Shown: one piece after another, positions 40,400-53,961 of the stretch
How positions within the stretch are numbered: position 1 is the stretch's first letter
Layout of the letters: every line of letters starts with the position of its first letter
Program-made: the position numbers and the translations under genes
Assembly (NCBI GenBank): GCA_964016885.1
Contig: OZ024740.1
Coordinates: 122,016,001 to 122,080,000 of the forward strand
DNA from: Eledone cirrhosa
Taxonomy: Eukaryota
Direction of reading: 5' to 3'
DNA: 64,000 nt
The notes under the pieces: model-generated
Database searches by the model: none
Told to the model about the DNA's origin: nothing
What the model saw: the letters and a program-made list of their open reading frames with translations, nothing else

Positions 40400-41450
40400 A
40401 AGATAGATAAAAACGATAAAACAATTATAGACACACACGCAAAGACATTAAATATGAAACAAATAAACAAAGTATAATCCTACAGAAAAAAAGTAAAAAT
40501 ATGGAGATACGCACCTAGAATTTAAGAAGAAATGCGAAGACCCATGCATAAAAGAACATACAAATTAGAGACAAAAACCGATACCCGACAGAACTGATAA
40601 CCCTAGACATAAAGGACTAGACATTACTCCTCAATTGACAAAAATATATTCGAAAAGATAGGACACAAGCGGTATTCTATATGAATATTTCACATTATTC
40701 TACCGTGAAAACGGAAGCACAACTGTATACACATGTAAATCAGGGAGAACAATAATCCAAACCTTGATTTATTAACCGAGCACACCAAACTAGAATTCCC
40801 GAAAAGATATATTGTTAAAGGTGAAAAACAATATTATAAACTGAAATAGAGCATCTGCCTAATCAAAAATATGAAACACAAAAGAACTAACAAATATTTA
40901 ACTTTTAAAAATCTAAATCATGCACATCCAAAACAATTAAAGGAAATAACATAATATACAAACCCCAACCTTAAAAGACGTTCAGAATACTGATCTACAA
41001 AACCGATGAAGAGCAACGAAGCCCAAGACAGACATGAAACAAAACACGAGGAAGACGATATACTTAAAAAAAAAAAAAACTTTAAAACGGATATCAGACC
41101 GTAATACGATAAAGATGGAAATAATCCAAGAACTTCGTGCATTGCAAGATTTCCATTTGAATGGAAGAATGCACTTAACAAAGATGAATACCAATGTTGC
41201 AATGCTTAGTATAGAGAACTACTAATTAGAGGCTAGCAAAGAAATCCATATCACGAGGAGTATTTCCAGTCTTTAAAACTGATATAAAAATCACACACAT
41301 TATAAAATGCCAGGAATAGATTGTATGACATAGTTCTAAAAAGAACAGATACATAGTTCATAACAATATCATATATAGAAGAAATGACAGCGAAGGTAAG
41401 AAGCTACAATAACTGAATCCTATTCAGAGTATAACAAATCGGGACTGGAA
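40400..41450 (+). mobile_element. Possible very old PLE relic
   Basis: A-rich segment with a KHKRTNKYL.F..NH.H-like motif near 40875-40950 resembling the PLE thumb; heavily frameshifted. Confidence 0.3.
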
Positions 41451-41756
41451 AAGCTATATCAATTTTTCGAAACAAATCTAACAGAAGCCACGTTTATTGC
41501 ATATCACTTTTATCAAATTTGAATCCAGGAATGTAAATTAATACTAATGCGATAAATATAATGTAAATATATTTTTTATTTTCATACACAAATATTCTGA
41601 TATAATATGTGAGATAAAGTAGAAGAAATAGGTTCAATCAGATTGTTTTATCAAATTTACGAGAATATAAATTTGTTTCAGTATCCATTGCATTTACATC
41701 AATTAATATGATTACGCATACGTATTCGCATCTCTCTCTCTCTCTCCATCTCTCTC

Positions 41757-41829
<73 letters not shown>

Positions 41830-41943
41830 TTATCTCTCTCTCTCTTTCTTCCTCTCTCTCTATCGCTCCCACTTCATATAAACACTTTTATAAGTATATT
41901 GACTCCTTGAAATATACAAAAGTTTCTCAATTAAATTTGCTTA

Positions 41944-42036
41944 TTTTGCCTTTCATCCTTACGGGGTCGATAGAATAAAATACTAGTAATACACTGGATA
42001 ATTGCTGGCCTTGTGCCAAAAGTAGAAACAATTATT
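41944..42036 (+). mobile_element. 5'-truncated SINE copy
   Basis: tttgcctttcatccttacggggtcgat...gccaaaagtagaaacaattatt. Confidence 0.85.
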
Positions 42037-42794
42037 AATGATTAAGGTGGTAGCCTTGTCGTAACTCATATATGGCGCTTCAAGGCTAAACGTCTAAGGT
42101 ATAGTCATATATTATAAATGGTAGGCATAGAACAGTATATGCTTAAATGTTTGTTTTATCAAAACACATATATTAATGTCACTGTGCCAGAGGATCGATG
42201 CTGAGGATTTGATTTCGCATGGAATAGATAGTAGAGAGGAAGGGAGGGGAATATCTGCAGATTATAGACCTAACCTGAACGTGTCTAACAGGGTCAATGT
42301 TGTTAACTGCAACTAAGGTATGACTGGCAGTGTTAAACTTAAAACGAAGCATGGTCTCTGTGACAGTTTTTCGGTCTACTGACATTCATTTACCAAAATT
42401 GTTTTTGTTCAACAGAATCTATGTTAGAACACAATTGGTCAACTTTACGTACAGTAAGACATCATGCCAGACACATACGTTTTGTTGAGAAATGGCTCAG
42501 ATGGTGGTCGGGGGTTAATCTCAATTAAGACATACACATATATATATATATATAAAGAAACGTCGGCACGTTACGTATTAAGGAAGGGCTTCTTATCAAA
42601 CAGCTACAACCGCAATTAAACAACCGTCTTGAGAGAAGCCAAATGAAATGGCTGGTTTAAGTTAACAAGCGATGCAACAACACACAACACACGCACACAC
42701 ACACGCAAACGAGACAACTACACACACACACGCAAACACACACACAATAGCATTCCACCATACGAACATACCACACTGCATACGAGACCACTAC

Positions 42795-42826
<32 letters not shown>

Positions 42827-43374
42827 TCAAGCGAGACAACATTACACGCACACACACACACAATAACATTTAACAAGCAGGCAGAGAATGGACTAACAGC
42901 TAGCGCCATCCCACTCCCTCATTCGGCCATTGACTTCTGTGCGGCCGGTCCCATTTCGCGCGCCCACGCGCCCGACCGAATACCTCAGATATTCAAATCA
43001 TAAACAGCGAAAGACGCGTTCCGAATTGTCCGACAGACAACCCCCCCCCCCCGACCCCCCGATCCGAGAACCCCCCCCCCAGTTGATGGATGTGAATCCG
43101 AAATATATAGGGACTATTAAATCTCTCCCAAGGTAACTCTCTATCTCTTGTGTTGTTATTATTATTTTTACCCTTTCACTCTTCCCTTCATTCTAAACAT
43201 CTCACACATCTTATACACACCACGCATCTCAACGTACACCCACTTACATATCTCTCTCTCTCTCCTACACCGGACCCTGTTACCCGGAGATTTACCCAAT
43301 TGCATTGTCGAGGCTTCCAAACGACTTATAAATATTTACTTATTGTTCCACAATGCTTCAAGCAAACTTCAATA

Positions 43375-43510
<136 letters not shown>

Positions 43511-43711
43511 TGTCCTGAGTTCAGTCTTTTTGGTCGCTATGGTCACTGCGGCCCTTCTATCGGTCGCTGTCTTCAATTTGCAAAGCTGTCTAAACGTAAT
43601 TTTATAACTATAGGGTTATATACCGTATCGAATGGTGAGCTGCACATCGAAACTGCATTCGTTAGCTTGGCTGCAAAGGATTATGAGTTCATGCAATTGA
43701 CTTATGTTTCG

Positions 43712-43762
<51 letters not shown>

Positions 43763-44998
43763 ATACTTGGGGAGGGTCATATTTGCGTAATATTGCCAAA
43801 ATCAATAACAATCACACTCACTGTTTGGTTGGTTTTCGCTTCTCGCTGTCTTTTATATCTGCGATCTAACTTACTCGGTCCTCAATCTTGCCATTGACTG
43901 ACCGACGGTCAAAAATAATACAGATACAATATAGACACAAACACATATATATAGTTTACATAATTTACATAAATCTTTCGTTGCACATCTGCAACATCGT
44001 CAGTGGTGTTATATTTTTTCCCCTCCTTTTGTGTTGTATGTCTACGCCATTTTTTTTTTATTCAGTCTGTCTATATATTTATTTTATTTTTTTTTTTATA
44101 AAAATATATACATTTTTTTAATAAAAATATATACATTTTTTTATAAAAATATATACATTTTTTATAAAATATATACATATAAAATATATACATATAAAAT
44201 ATATACATATAAAAATATAAAAAATATATATATATACATACAATTCACACATACATAAAATATATACACACATAAAACATACATACATATATATATATAA
44301 TACACATACATATACATATATATATATATAAAATATATACATATATATAAAGTACACATATATACACATATAAAAAATATATATATATACACATGATACA
44401 TATATACATATATATATAATCAGGTTCAATAAAACGTGGTTTAGATGACTCCTAACCAGTATAGGATCCGGTGGTCCATCCATCATAGGGACCACAAACT
44501 ATGGGTGGTATTGGACTCTAATCATTATATTAAGCATTAGCACCCCACATTTTGTATGTGTGGATGTGTGTGGGTGTCTGTGGAGGTGGATGTGAGTGTA
44601 TTAAAAGCCAACCTACATAAGTCTTTTTATTTGTAAATTTTCTACTCCAACCATAAATTTCAGTAGCACCACTCCACATAAATTTTTCAATTTAAGAATG
44701 ACCTGTAGTATCTATTCATATAATTAACCTTAATTGAATATATATCTGACCAGGAATACCTTTTGTGAAAATCAGTCATATGGAACTATTGTCATCTTGC
44801 CTGACCGTTTGAACTTTACAAAACCACCTGCCTCTTTGAGGTCAAATACCAACCCTACTACCATCTATAAACTGACCAACGAGAATCAAGACTATTCCTG
44901 CTGACAACATTAATTTATTCCTAACAAGCTCATATGTCCCAAGGCTCTGATACCATCAACACTATAAACACAGAGCTGGCATATCTAAGAACCGAATC

Positions 44999-45056
44999 TA
45001 CTGCCTGATGATGTCATAGCCATTCAATGGCTATCATCGAAATATCTATAGCAGTA
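44999..45056 (+). ncRNA. Type I minimal hammerhead at the 3' end of a pLTR-like segment (about 44420-45190)
   Basis: tactgc-CTGATGA-tgtc atagccat tca atggctat catc-GAAA-tatcta-TA-gcagta, with a perfect 6-bp stem I. The downstream tail (45061-45102) also occurs at 43676-43717. Confidence 0.75.
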
Positions 45057-45186
45057 AATAAAGGATTATGAGTTCATGCAATTGACCTATGTTTCGTCAC
45101 TATTATAACTCCGGAACTTATATCTTCGTTGAGTGCTCGCTATCCACATACTGAAGTACTGGATTTTACCAGCACTTACTTTCTTG

Positions 45187-45260
<74 letters not shown>

Positions 45261-45789
45261 TAAAAGGAATTCCAACTTTGTCTGATTTACTCGTTTTATT
45301 TAAAATCCTTTAAAATTTATAATGGTATTAGAATGAAATAGTATGGTAGAATATTAAATGTTAAGTGTAAATTGAACAAGTACTTTAATGCTTTCGCAAT
45401 CTTCATGTTCATATTCTGTGGTGACAGTGAAGTTTGCAAATTTCAATCGTAATGAGCTGGGTACATTTTTGCCTTATATACAGTGAAAACCGGCTACGGA
45501 ATGGTAAATTTTGCAAACTCTATTTCGACTAATCGGTGTGTAGCTTCACTGGATTACTAAAACTGATTGGTTCGGTCGTCACGGTGGGTTAAGCATATCT
45601 AACGACTACTATTTGACCCTGTCCGAAGCATCAATTGTTTTCCTATTTTTAGAAATGATGAAAATAGCATTTTCTAGTAATCATCACCACCAACATTACT
45701 GTTATTATTATTATTGTTGTTGTTGTTGTTGCTAGTGGTGGTAGTCGACATGGTCGTAGTCATAGTAGGAGTAATACCTATTATTATTG

Positions 45790-47240
45790 TTCATTTAGCT
45801 TGGGTCGGAATTTATTAATAAAATTATTTACTTAGATTTTTCTCTTGATTTCACTTGGGCTGTGTAATTTGTAGAATGGAAATATTATAAATATTCTCTG
45901 ACCATATGTTGCTAGATGGTTACTCGGGATTATCTGACGGACATTTGGGTCTCTGATTTGCTGTCGGTGCACCCGTGCACGTTCCGATAGTGCATTTCCA
46001 GTTTGACCGTCATATAGTGCGTCACAATTCGGGCATTTAATGCAGTAAAATAGATTTCTGCTTTTGCAGTTCATATTTGCATTTGGGAATATTTTTCCAG
46101 TTTTTTTGTGTTCATATATTGACCGGTGTGTATGGATTGACATGTGCCACATCGACTATCATTGCATTTATATATAGTGAATGATTGGTCTTTGTTGTTA
46201 AGGTCACACTTTGCTTTTCTTAGTAATTGCTTCACATTTTTCGGCTGTCTTTTACTAAGAGTCAAAGATCGGTCTGTGATTAAGCCTTTTAATTCATTGC
46301 TTTCAGCAATGATCGGTAGGTAGGCTTTGGCAGTGTTTAAGATATATGTGTCATTATAAATGGTATGACCAGTTCTTGGTTTCTTCTTCCTTGGGTTGCC
46401 CTAAGTTGTTGTATAGGTATTTTTATAGCCCGATGTATGCCGTTTTCTATAAGTGGAGATAGGTATATTTGTTTGAGCAAAAATTCTCTCAGTTCTGTAA
46501 GGCGTTTGTTCCTGGTATTCGTATCTTCTACAATGGTACAAATTCTTCTGGCTAGGCAGTATAGGCTGTTGCGTTTTGTATGGGGTGGATGGCACGACTT
46601 AAAATTCAGATACTGATGGGTGTCTGTGTGTTTATAATATATAATCGTGCTAATGGTGGTGTCGTTTTTGATTACCATTAATATCTAGGAATGGTAATTT
46701 GGTACTATTCTTCTCATTTGCAAATTGGATAGATGGGTGTATGTTATTCAGGAGGATATTGAACACATCCAGAGTATCTAGAGATTATGTCCAGATGATG
46801 AAACAGTCGTCAAGTTATCTCTTCCAAGATTTTTCAATGTGCTTTCTAAAATCAGTGCTACATTTTTCCTCTATTTCTTGGTAGAGTTGTTGTTCTAAGT
46901 ATCCCATTACAGAGTTCGCGTAAACGGGAGAAAACTTCGTTCCCATCGCTGTGCCTCTAATTTGGATGTAATTCTTTTCATTGAAGAAGAAAATGTTGTT
47001 TTCCAGAATAAGTTTGTCTGCGTCTAATATAAATGGCGCTGTGAATCTGGGGGGAATCACATCTCTATGTTTTTCCACCCTGTATTTAAACACCTTTATT
47101 CCTAAATCATGTGTAATGTTGGTATAAAGGCTTACCACATCAAAACTAAGTAGAAGTGAATTCGTTTCCGCGGTTTTGGGAAGACGGGACAGGAAGTCGA
47201 TATCATCCCAGAGGAAACTGGGTATGTGGATACATAGTGG
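45790..47240 (-). mobile_element. Penelope-like retroelement RT + GIY-YIG pseudogene, 5'-truncated
   Basis: RT motifs SFDVVSLYTNI, QIRGTAMGTKFSPVYAN and WKR*LDD; thumb YYKHTDTHQYLNFKSCHPPHTKRNS; linker CNDSRCGTC; GIY-YIG NLFYCIKCPNCDALYDGQT...R. Contains stops and frameshifts. Confidence 0.92.
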
Positions 47241-47247
47241 TTTCAAG

Positions 47248-47437
47248 ATAATTGTTTCTACATTAGGCACAAGGCCAGCAATTAACCAGTGCATTACTGG
47301 TACTTTATTTTATCGACTCCGTAAGGATGAAAGGCAAAGTCAACCTCGGCCGGATTTGAACTCACATCGTAAAGGGGCGTAACTATGCTGGAAAGCATCA
47401 CGTCCGATCCTCTACCGATACTGCCAATCCACCGCCC
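47248..47437 (-). mobile_element. Full-length tRNA-derived SINE abutting the PLE truncation point
   Basis: Reverse complement of 58169-58359. Confidence 0.9.
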
Positions 47438-47553
47438 AACTATTTTCAAAATAATGTCAACAAAATTGTTTAGACGATGGGTAGGGCATGTTGGACCAGC
47501 TATAATAAGTCTAAGTTTTTAGTCTTTTGGGTGTAATAATTTAATGTACTCAC

Positions 47554-47602
<49 letters not shown>

Positions 47603-47604
<2 letters not shown>

Positions 47605-47830
47605 GAAAGGATTCAGGACCCCGACGGCTGAGCTCTTGCCGTTTCGACAGATAGACCAGAACTAGGCCTTACAAATACTGGTGGCTTATTTCGGATCCAG
47701 CTCTCGAAACAGCCGGAGCTCAGCCGTCGTGGTCCTGACTCTTTTCCTAGTACCAACTCTACTACCCTAAGTATCGAGTACTCTGGTGCGTTATTGGTCT
47801 ACCTGATATCTTACCACACTTTCTTTGTTA
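47603..47830 (+). mobile_element. Short fold-back repeat family member (see 14729)
   Basis: Inverted arms tcaggaccccgacggctgagctc...tttcga / tcgaaa...gagctcagccgtcgtggtcctga plus the shared tail; (TA)n flanks. Confidence 0.7.
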
Positions 47831-47965
47831 TATATATATATATTTATATATAGCATCTCGGAAATATTTGAGAAAAATATATAGTTAAATAAGGTGGTCA
47901 GTACGGTAATGGGGAAGAAGCATTATTCCCCATTACACACACACACACACACACACACACATATG

Positions 47966-49585
<1,620 letters not shown>

Positions 49586-49646
49586 TATATATATATATTA
49601 TTCAAATTATTAACAAATGAAGACATTCACATATTCAAAATATATG

Positions 49647-49708
49647 TTTTATTATATCTATTTCGAAAGTACGGTGTTGTACTTTCAGTACGTCCTCGTC
49701 AGATAAAA
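49647..49708 (-). ncRNA. Type I minimal hammerhead, related in flanks to 5940 and 17112
   Basis: Minus strand: ttttat-CTGACGA-ggacgtac...gtactttc-GAAA-tagata-TA-ataaaa. It lies at the 3' end of an AT-rich minus-strand segment (to about 50900) that may be a decayed PLE. Confidence 0.65.
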
Positions 49709-51247
49709 TAAATGATTTGATATATGACATACCCTCTATGGTCTTGATATTTCAATTCCTCTATTGGCAGTGATTTATTTCATAAAATCTCAACATTTAT
49801 ATACCACAAACAATAATATGATAAACTTAAAGAAGAAAAGGACGTGGAGCGAATTAGAGATATAAGAGAGGGTGTAAAGATGAGGAAGGCAAGAAAAAAT
49901 AAATATATATATATATAAATATTTAAATTAATAAAAATAAATAAATATATGGATGGAAGAATAGAGGAAGAAGAAAGGATAAATAATGACAACAGAGAGG
50001 AAATATAAAATACAGGGGGATAGATAGAAAAAAACAGTTGTTTCAAATATAAGGTCAATTAAGGCAACCAATCAATTACCATAAACTATTGAATATCTCT
50101 TATATTTGATTATGGTTAAGCTAATTATACTTATATAATATATCGAAATTAATCGATATACATTACGTTTTATAGCTGTCACATAATTAGTTTAATTAAA
50201 CATTTATATAATTTAATTCAACTCATTATAGATTTTAAATTTTTGGTTTAGGTAATATATTCCTTAAGTATTTTTTTACAACTAAAAAAAAAGAATTAAT
50301 ATTGAAAGCAAATTTAAATAATTATTAAACATGCATTAAAATATATATTAAAATACATGCATTATATATTAAAATACATGCATATATCACCATCAATATA
50401 TATAATATATTAAGATCATTTTTTTATTAGAATTATTTTATTTAAATAGGAAATTCTCTTAATAAAATCATTTCTATTCTTCAATTATCATATAATTACA
50501 TGATTAAATTGGAATTATATTTACTCTCAAAAGCTTTATTTAGTTAATTTATATTTACCTCTGCAATTACATATTATTATAGTTTCCTTTTAAAGATATT
50601 CATATATTATTAAACTACATAATTCATGTGAAATATAATTTAGCAAGCTATTCAAACAGAATAAAAATATTTACGAAGAATGTAAACAAAAGGAAGATAA
50701 CTCATTCACCATATGTGAACCATTTAAACTATATATCTACTCTGAAATCTAGTCATATTTCTAAACCATAAATCAACAAATATCTAGTTAAATATTGAAC
50801 TCTCCAAATCAAAACATAGGATGCAGAGACTCTTAATGAAATTATTCTAATATATAAAACATCAATAAATTATTACCCCAGTAAGGCAAAAAATTATATA
50901 TATATTTTTTTAAAATTATTAATTGTCAATATGTTTTCGAAATTTGTACAATGCTTGGAATCTTTTACAGATTTCATGTTGACAGCTGCTGAATAATTCA
51001 TTTTTCTTGTTAATTAAATTGTCATAATTTGTAATTATCAATAGAGTCTCAAGATTGCAAACATTGCAATTTAGCGAAATGGATGCGTTCCGATAGGAAT
51101 TGGCATTATTTAACCGAGTTCAAGAGGTGGAGTATTTAATATTATTGTCCTTCAAAGACCATATTAATTGTGAGAGTGTGGTTGACTGCTTTTAATCTAT
51201 TGTAAAACTGTATTAATTGCATACAAATGAACCATATTAACCTTTGG

Positions 51248-51332
<85 letters not shown>

Positions 51333-51440
51333 GGTGTGTGTGTGTGCGTATAAATGAAGTAAATCCGTCGGAAAGGCCCAGGAAAAAAGAGTGCTTTATG
51401 TAGGATAAAGAGCTTAATAATTATGTAATAAAAAACCTAA

Positions 51441-51639
51441 GATAATTATTTCATTTACCAGTGGTTTCTTGAAAGCAAACGGAATTTACTTTCAGTCATC
51501 AGAATGAAAAAATCCTGGTGTATTTATTAACAGTAGATTTTAAAATCCTACTGTCAATACACCAGGACTTTTTCATTGTGATGACTGAAAGCAAATTTCG
51601 TTTTCTTTCAAGAAACCACTGGTAAATGAAATAATTATC
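51441..51639. repeat. About 95-bp-arm inverted repeat; each arm contains a hammerhead
   Basis: 51441-51536 is the reverse complement of 51548-51639. Confidence 0.9.
51449..51509 (-). ncRNA. Type I hammerhead ribozyme (intact)
   Basis: Minus strand: tttcatt-CTGATGA-c tgaaag...ctttca a-GAAA-ccactgg-TA-aatgaaa. The plus-strand twin at 51571-51631 has GTGATGA (C3 to G). Confidence 0.85.
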
Positions 51640-51656
51640 CTATGTTGTGTATTACA

Positions 51657-51748
<92 letters not shown>

Positions 51749-51960
51749 GGAGGTGAGTTTTATTGTAGTACAATAAAGCAATGCAGATATCGGATAAGAA
51801 GCACTCTACAGTTTGTAGGACTGGAGTATACATAATATAACATCAAAAGATGGTTAAAGGAGTTCCATGTATTTTATTATGCGCATTTCAAAAACAAACA
51901 TCATCATGCAATAATATTTGTGTTTTCATCAGATGTTTTCTCCATCTCTATTAATAACAA

Positions 51961-52784
51961 TATTCTAAATTATTTTTTAGTGCCTTAAATAAATGCGTCC
52001 CTCCCTCACATATCTATAGTAAAATATTTAACAAACACACCATCAAATTTTCTTATTCTACATCCTCCAATATTTCCAACATCATCTCTAAACACAAAAA
52101 TAAAATACTAAATACTAAATCTCTTCCTTCCAACATTGATTTTCATAATAATAGTAATAGTACTCCCGATGTCATTGTAAATCCTAGGCTAACTTCTGTA
52201 AACCCAAATACAACGTCAAACACAACTTCGCTAAATGTTCATAATCCAACTCTAAATCAAGAAACTATTATTCCTATTATTCCTATCGCAAACAACTTCT
52301 CCAATCCAATTCCTTCTATAGATAACACTAGGTCACTCATTAATAATCTCTCTAATTGCAACTGCCGCATTAAAAATAAATGTCCTCTCAACAACCATTG
52401 TCTTGATAAAAACTTAATTTATGAATGTAAAGTTATAACTAGCACCAATTCCTTCACCTATTTTGGCTCCACTTCCACCTCTTTTAAAGCTCGTCTCTAT
52501 AATCACCATTCATCTTTTAAATACAAACTTAAAAGAACCAACACGGCTCTCTCAGAACTCATATGGTCCTTGAAAGACAAAAACATTAAATATACCATCT
52601 TTGGAAGAAGGTTTCTTCTGCATCCTCATACTTGAACAGCTCTCTATCTAAAATCTGTAATCTCTGCCTAAATGAAAAATTTACCATTATCTCTAATCTA
52701 GATTCTATAATAAATAGACGTACAGATTTGTTTTCTATCTGCCTGCATAAATTCCATAGGACTTTTCACAAAGTATACAGCTAA
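51961..52784 (+). pseudogene. PLE linker + GIY-YIG endonuclease (no start codon; one frameshift near 52602)
   Basis: PPSHIYSKIFNKHTIKFSYST..N...II, CNCRIKNKCPLNNHCLDKNLIYECKV, YFGSTSTSFKARLYNHHSSF, TALSELIWSLKD, CNLCLNEKFTI and NRRTDLFSICLH. Confidence 0.88.
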
Positions 52785-53740
52785 TATTCAATTCTTTATC
52801 AATTTAGAATCTTTTCTCAAAGGCACATATACATACACCTCTTTAAAATATACCCATCTTCCTACCTTACTTCAAAGGGCATTATACACTCTATAATACT
52901 TGTTTACTCATTACCCTCATTCTATCTTCACCTTGTAAAATCCTTCATAACATATACATTTGTTTTTTTGACGTTAGAATATTCATCCGCAATTATTATT
53001 ATTTTTTCTCTCTATCATAAAACTTTTTAATCTCAATTTCATCCTTAATTTATTATTTTTTTCTCCCCATCAACGAACTCATTCTTAATACATATTAACT
53101 CTTTCTTCGCACATATTATCAACTCCTTCAATATACAAACCTTAACTTCACATTATTTTTTCTCAAATCATCTAATACACAAACCTTAATAATTTTTTAA
53201 TACATATTAACTCTTTCTTCGCACATATTATCAATTCCTTCAATATACAAACTTTAACTTCACATTATTTTTCTCAAATCCTTCTACACACAAACCTTAA
53301 TAATTTTTTCTCTTCGTTAATTTTGAAATTGCCACAATACTTATCAACATACACCTTTTTGACGTTAGAATATTCATCCGCAATTATTATTTTTTCTCTC
53401 TATCTTCATATATAAACTCCCTCTCTTTCCTCGTACATATTTTTCCCTTCGTTAATTTTCAAATTCTTTTAATTCATACATTATCTTCCAACGGTTTTCA
53501 ACCTCTCTATGTAAAACAATATATCTTCTCTCAGTTATAAAAACTATCTCTTTCTCTCTATCACCCATCTCTCCCTCTCCACCTTCACTCTCATCTCCTC
53601 CCCTTTTTCATCCTTTCAACCCCCCTCTCTAAATGAAATATTTTTCCCAATATCACACATCAATCTAAAACCACTTTTCATATGTTGATTTAAAACTGCA
53701 CTATCCACAAGTGTTTTTTAGCCTTCATATCATGTTCTCC

Positions 53741-53811
53741 TGTTTTATCTGATGAAAACACAAATATTATTGCATGATGATGTTTGTTTTTGAAATGCGC
53801 ATAATAAAATA
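53741..53811 (+). ncRNA. Type I minimal hammerhead in the PLE pLTR
   Basis: tgttttat-CTGATGA-aaacacaaatat...atgtttgttttt-GAAA-tgcgca-TA-ataaaata, with palindromic stem III ATGCGCAT. The inverted copy at 51870-51934 has lost most of the 5' arm of stem I. Confidence 0.8.
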
Positions 53812-53846
53812 CATGGAACTCCTTTAACCATCTTTTGATCTTATAT

Positions 53847-53961
<115 letters not shown>

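Noticed and set aside
46815-47294. ORF start MHWLIAGLVPNVETII as a PLE N-terminus
   Set aside because: These residues come from the abutting SINE tail read into the truncated RT frame.
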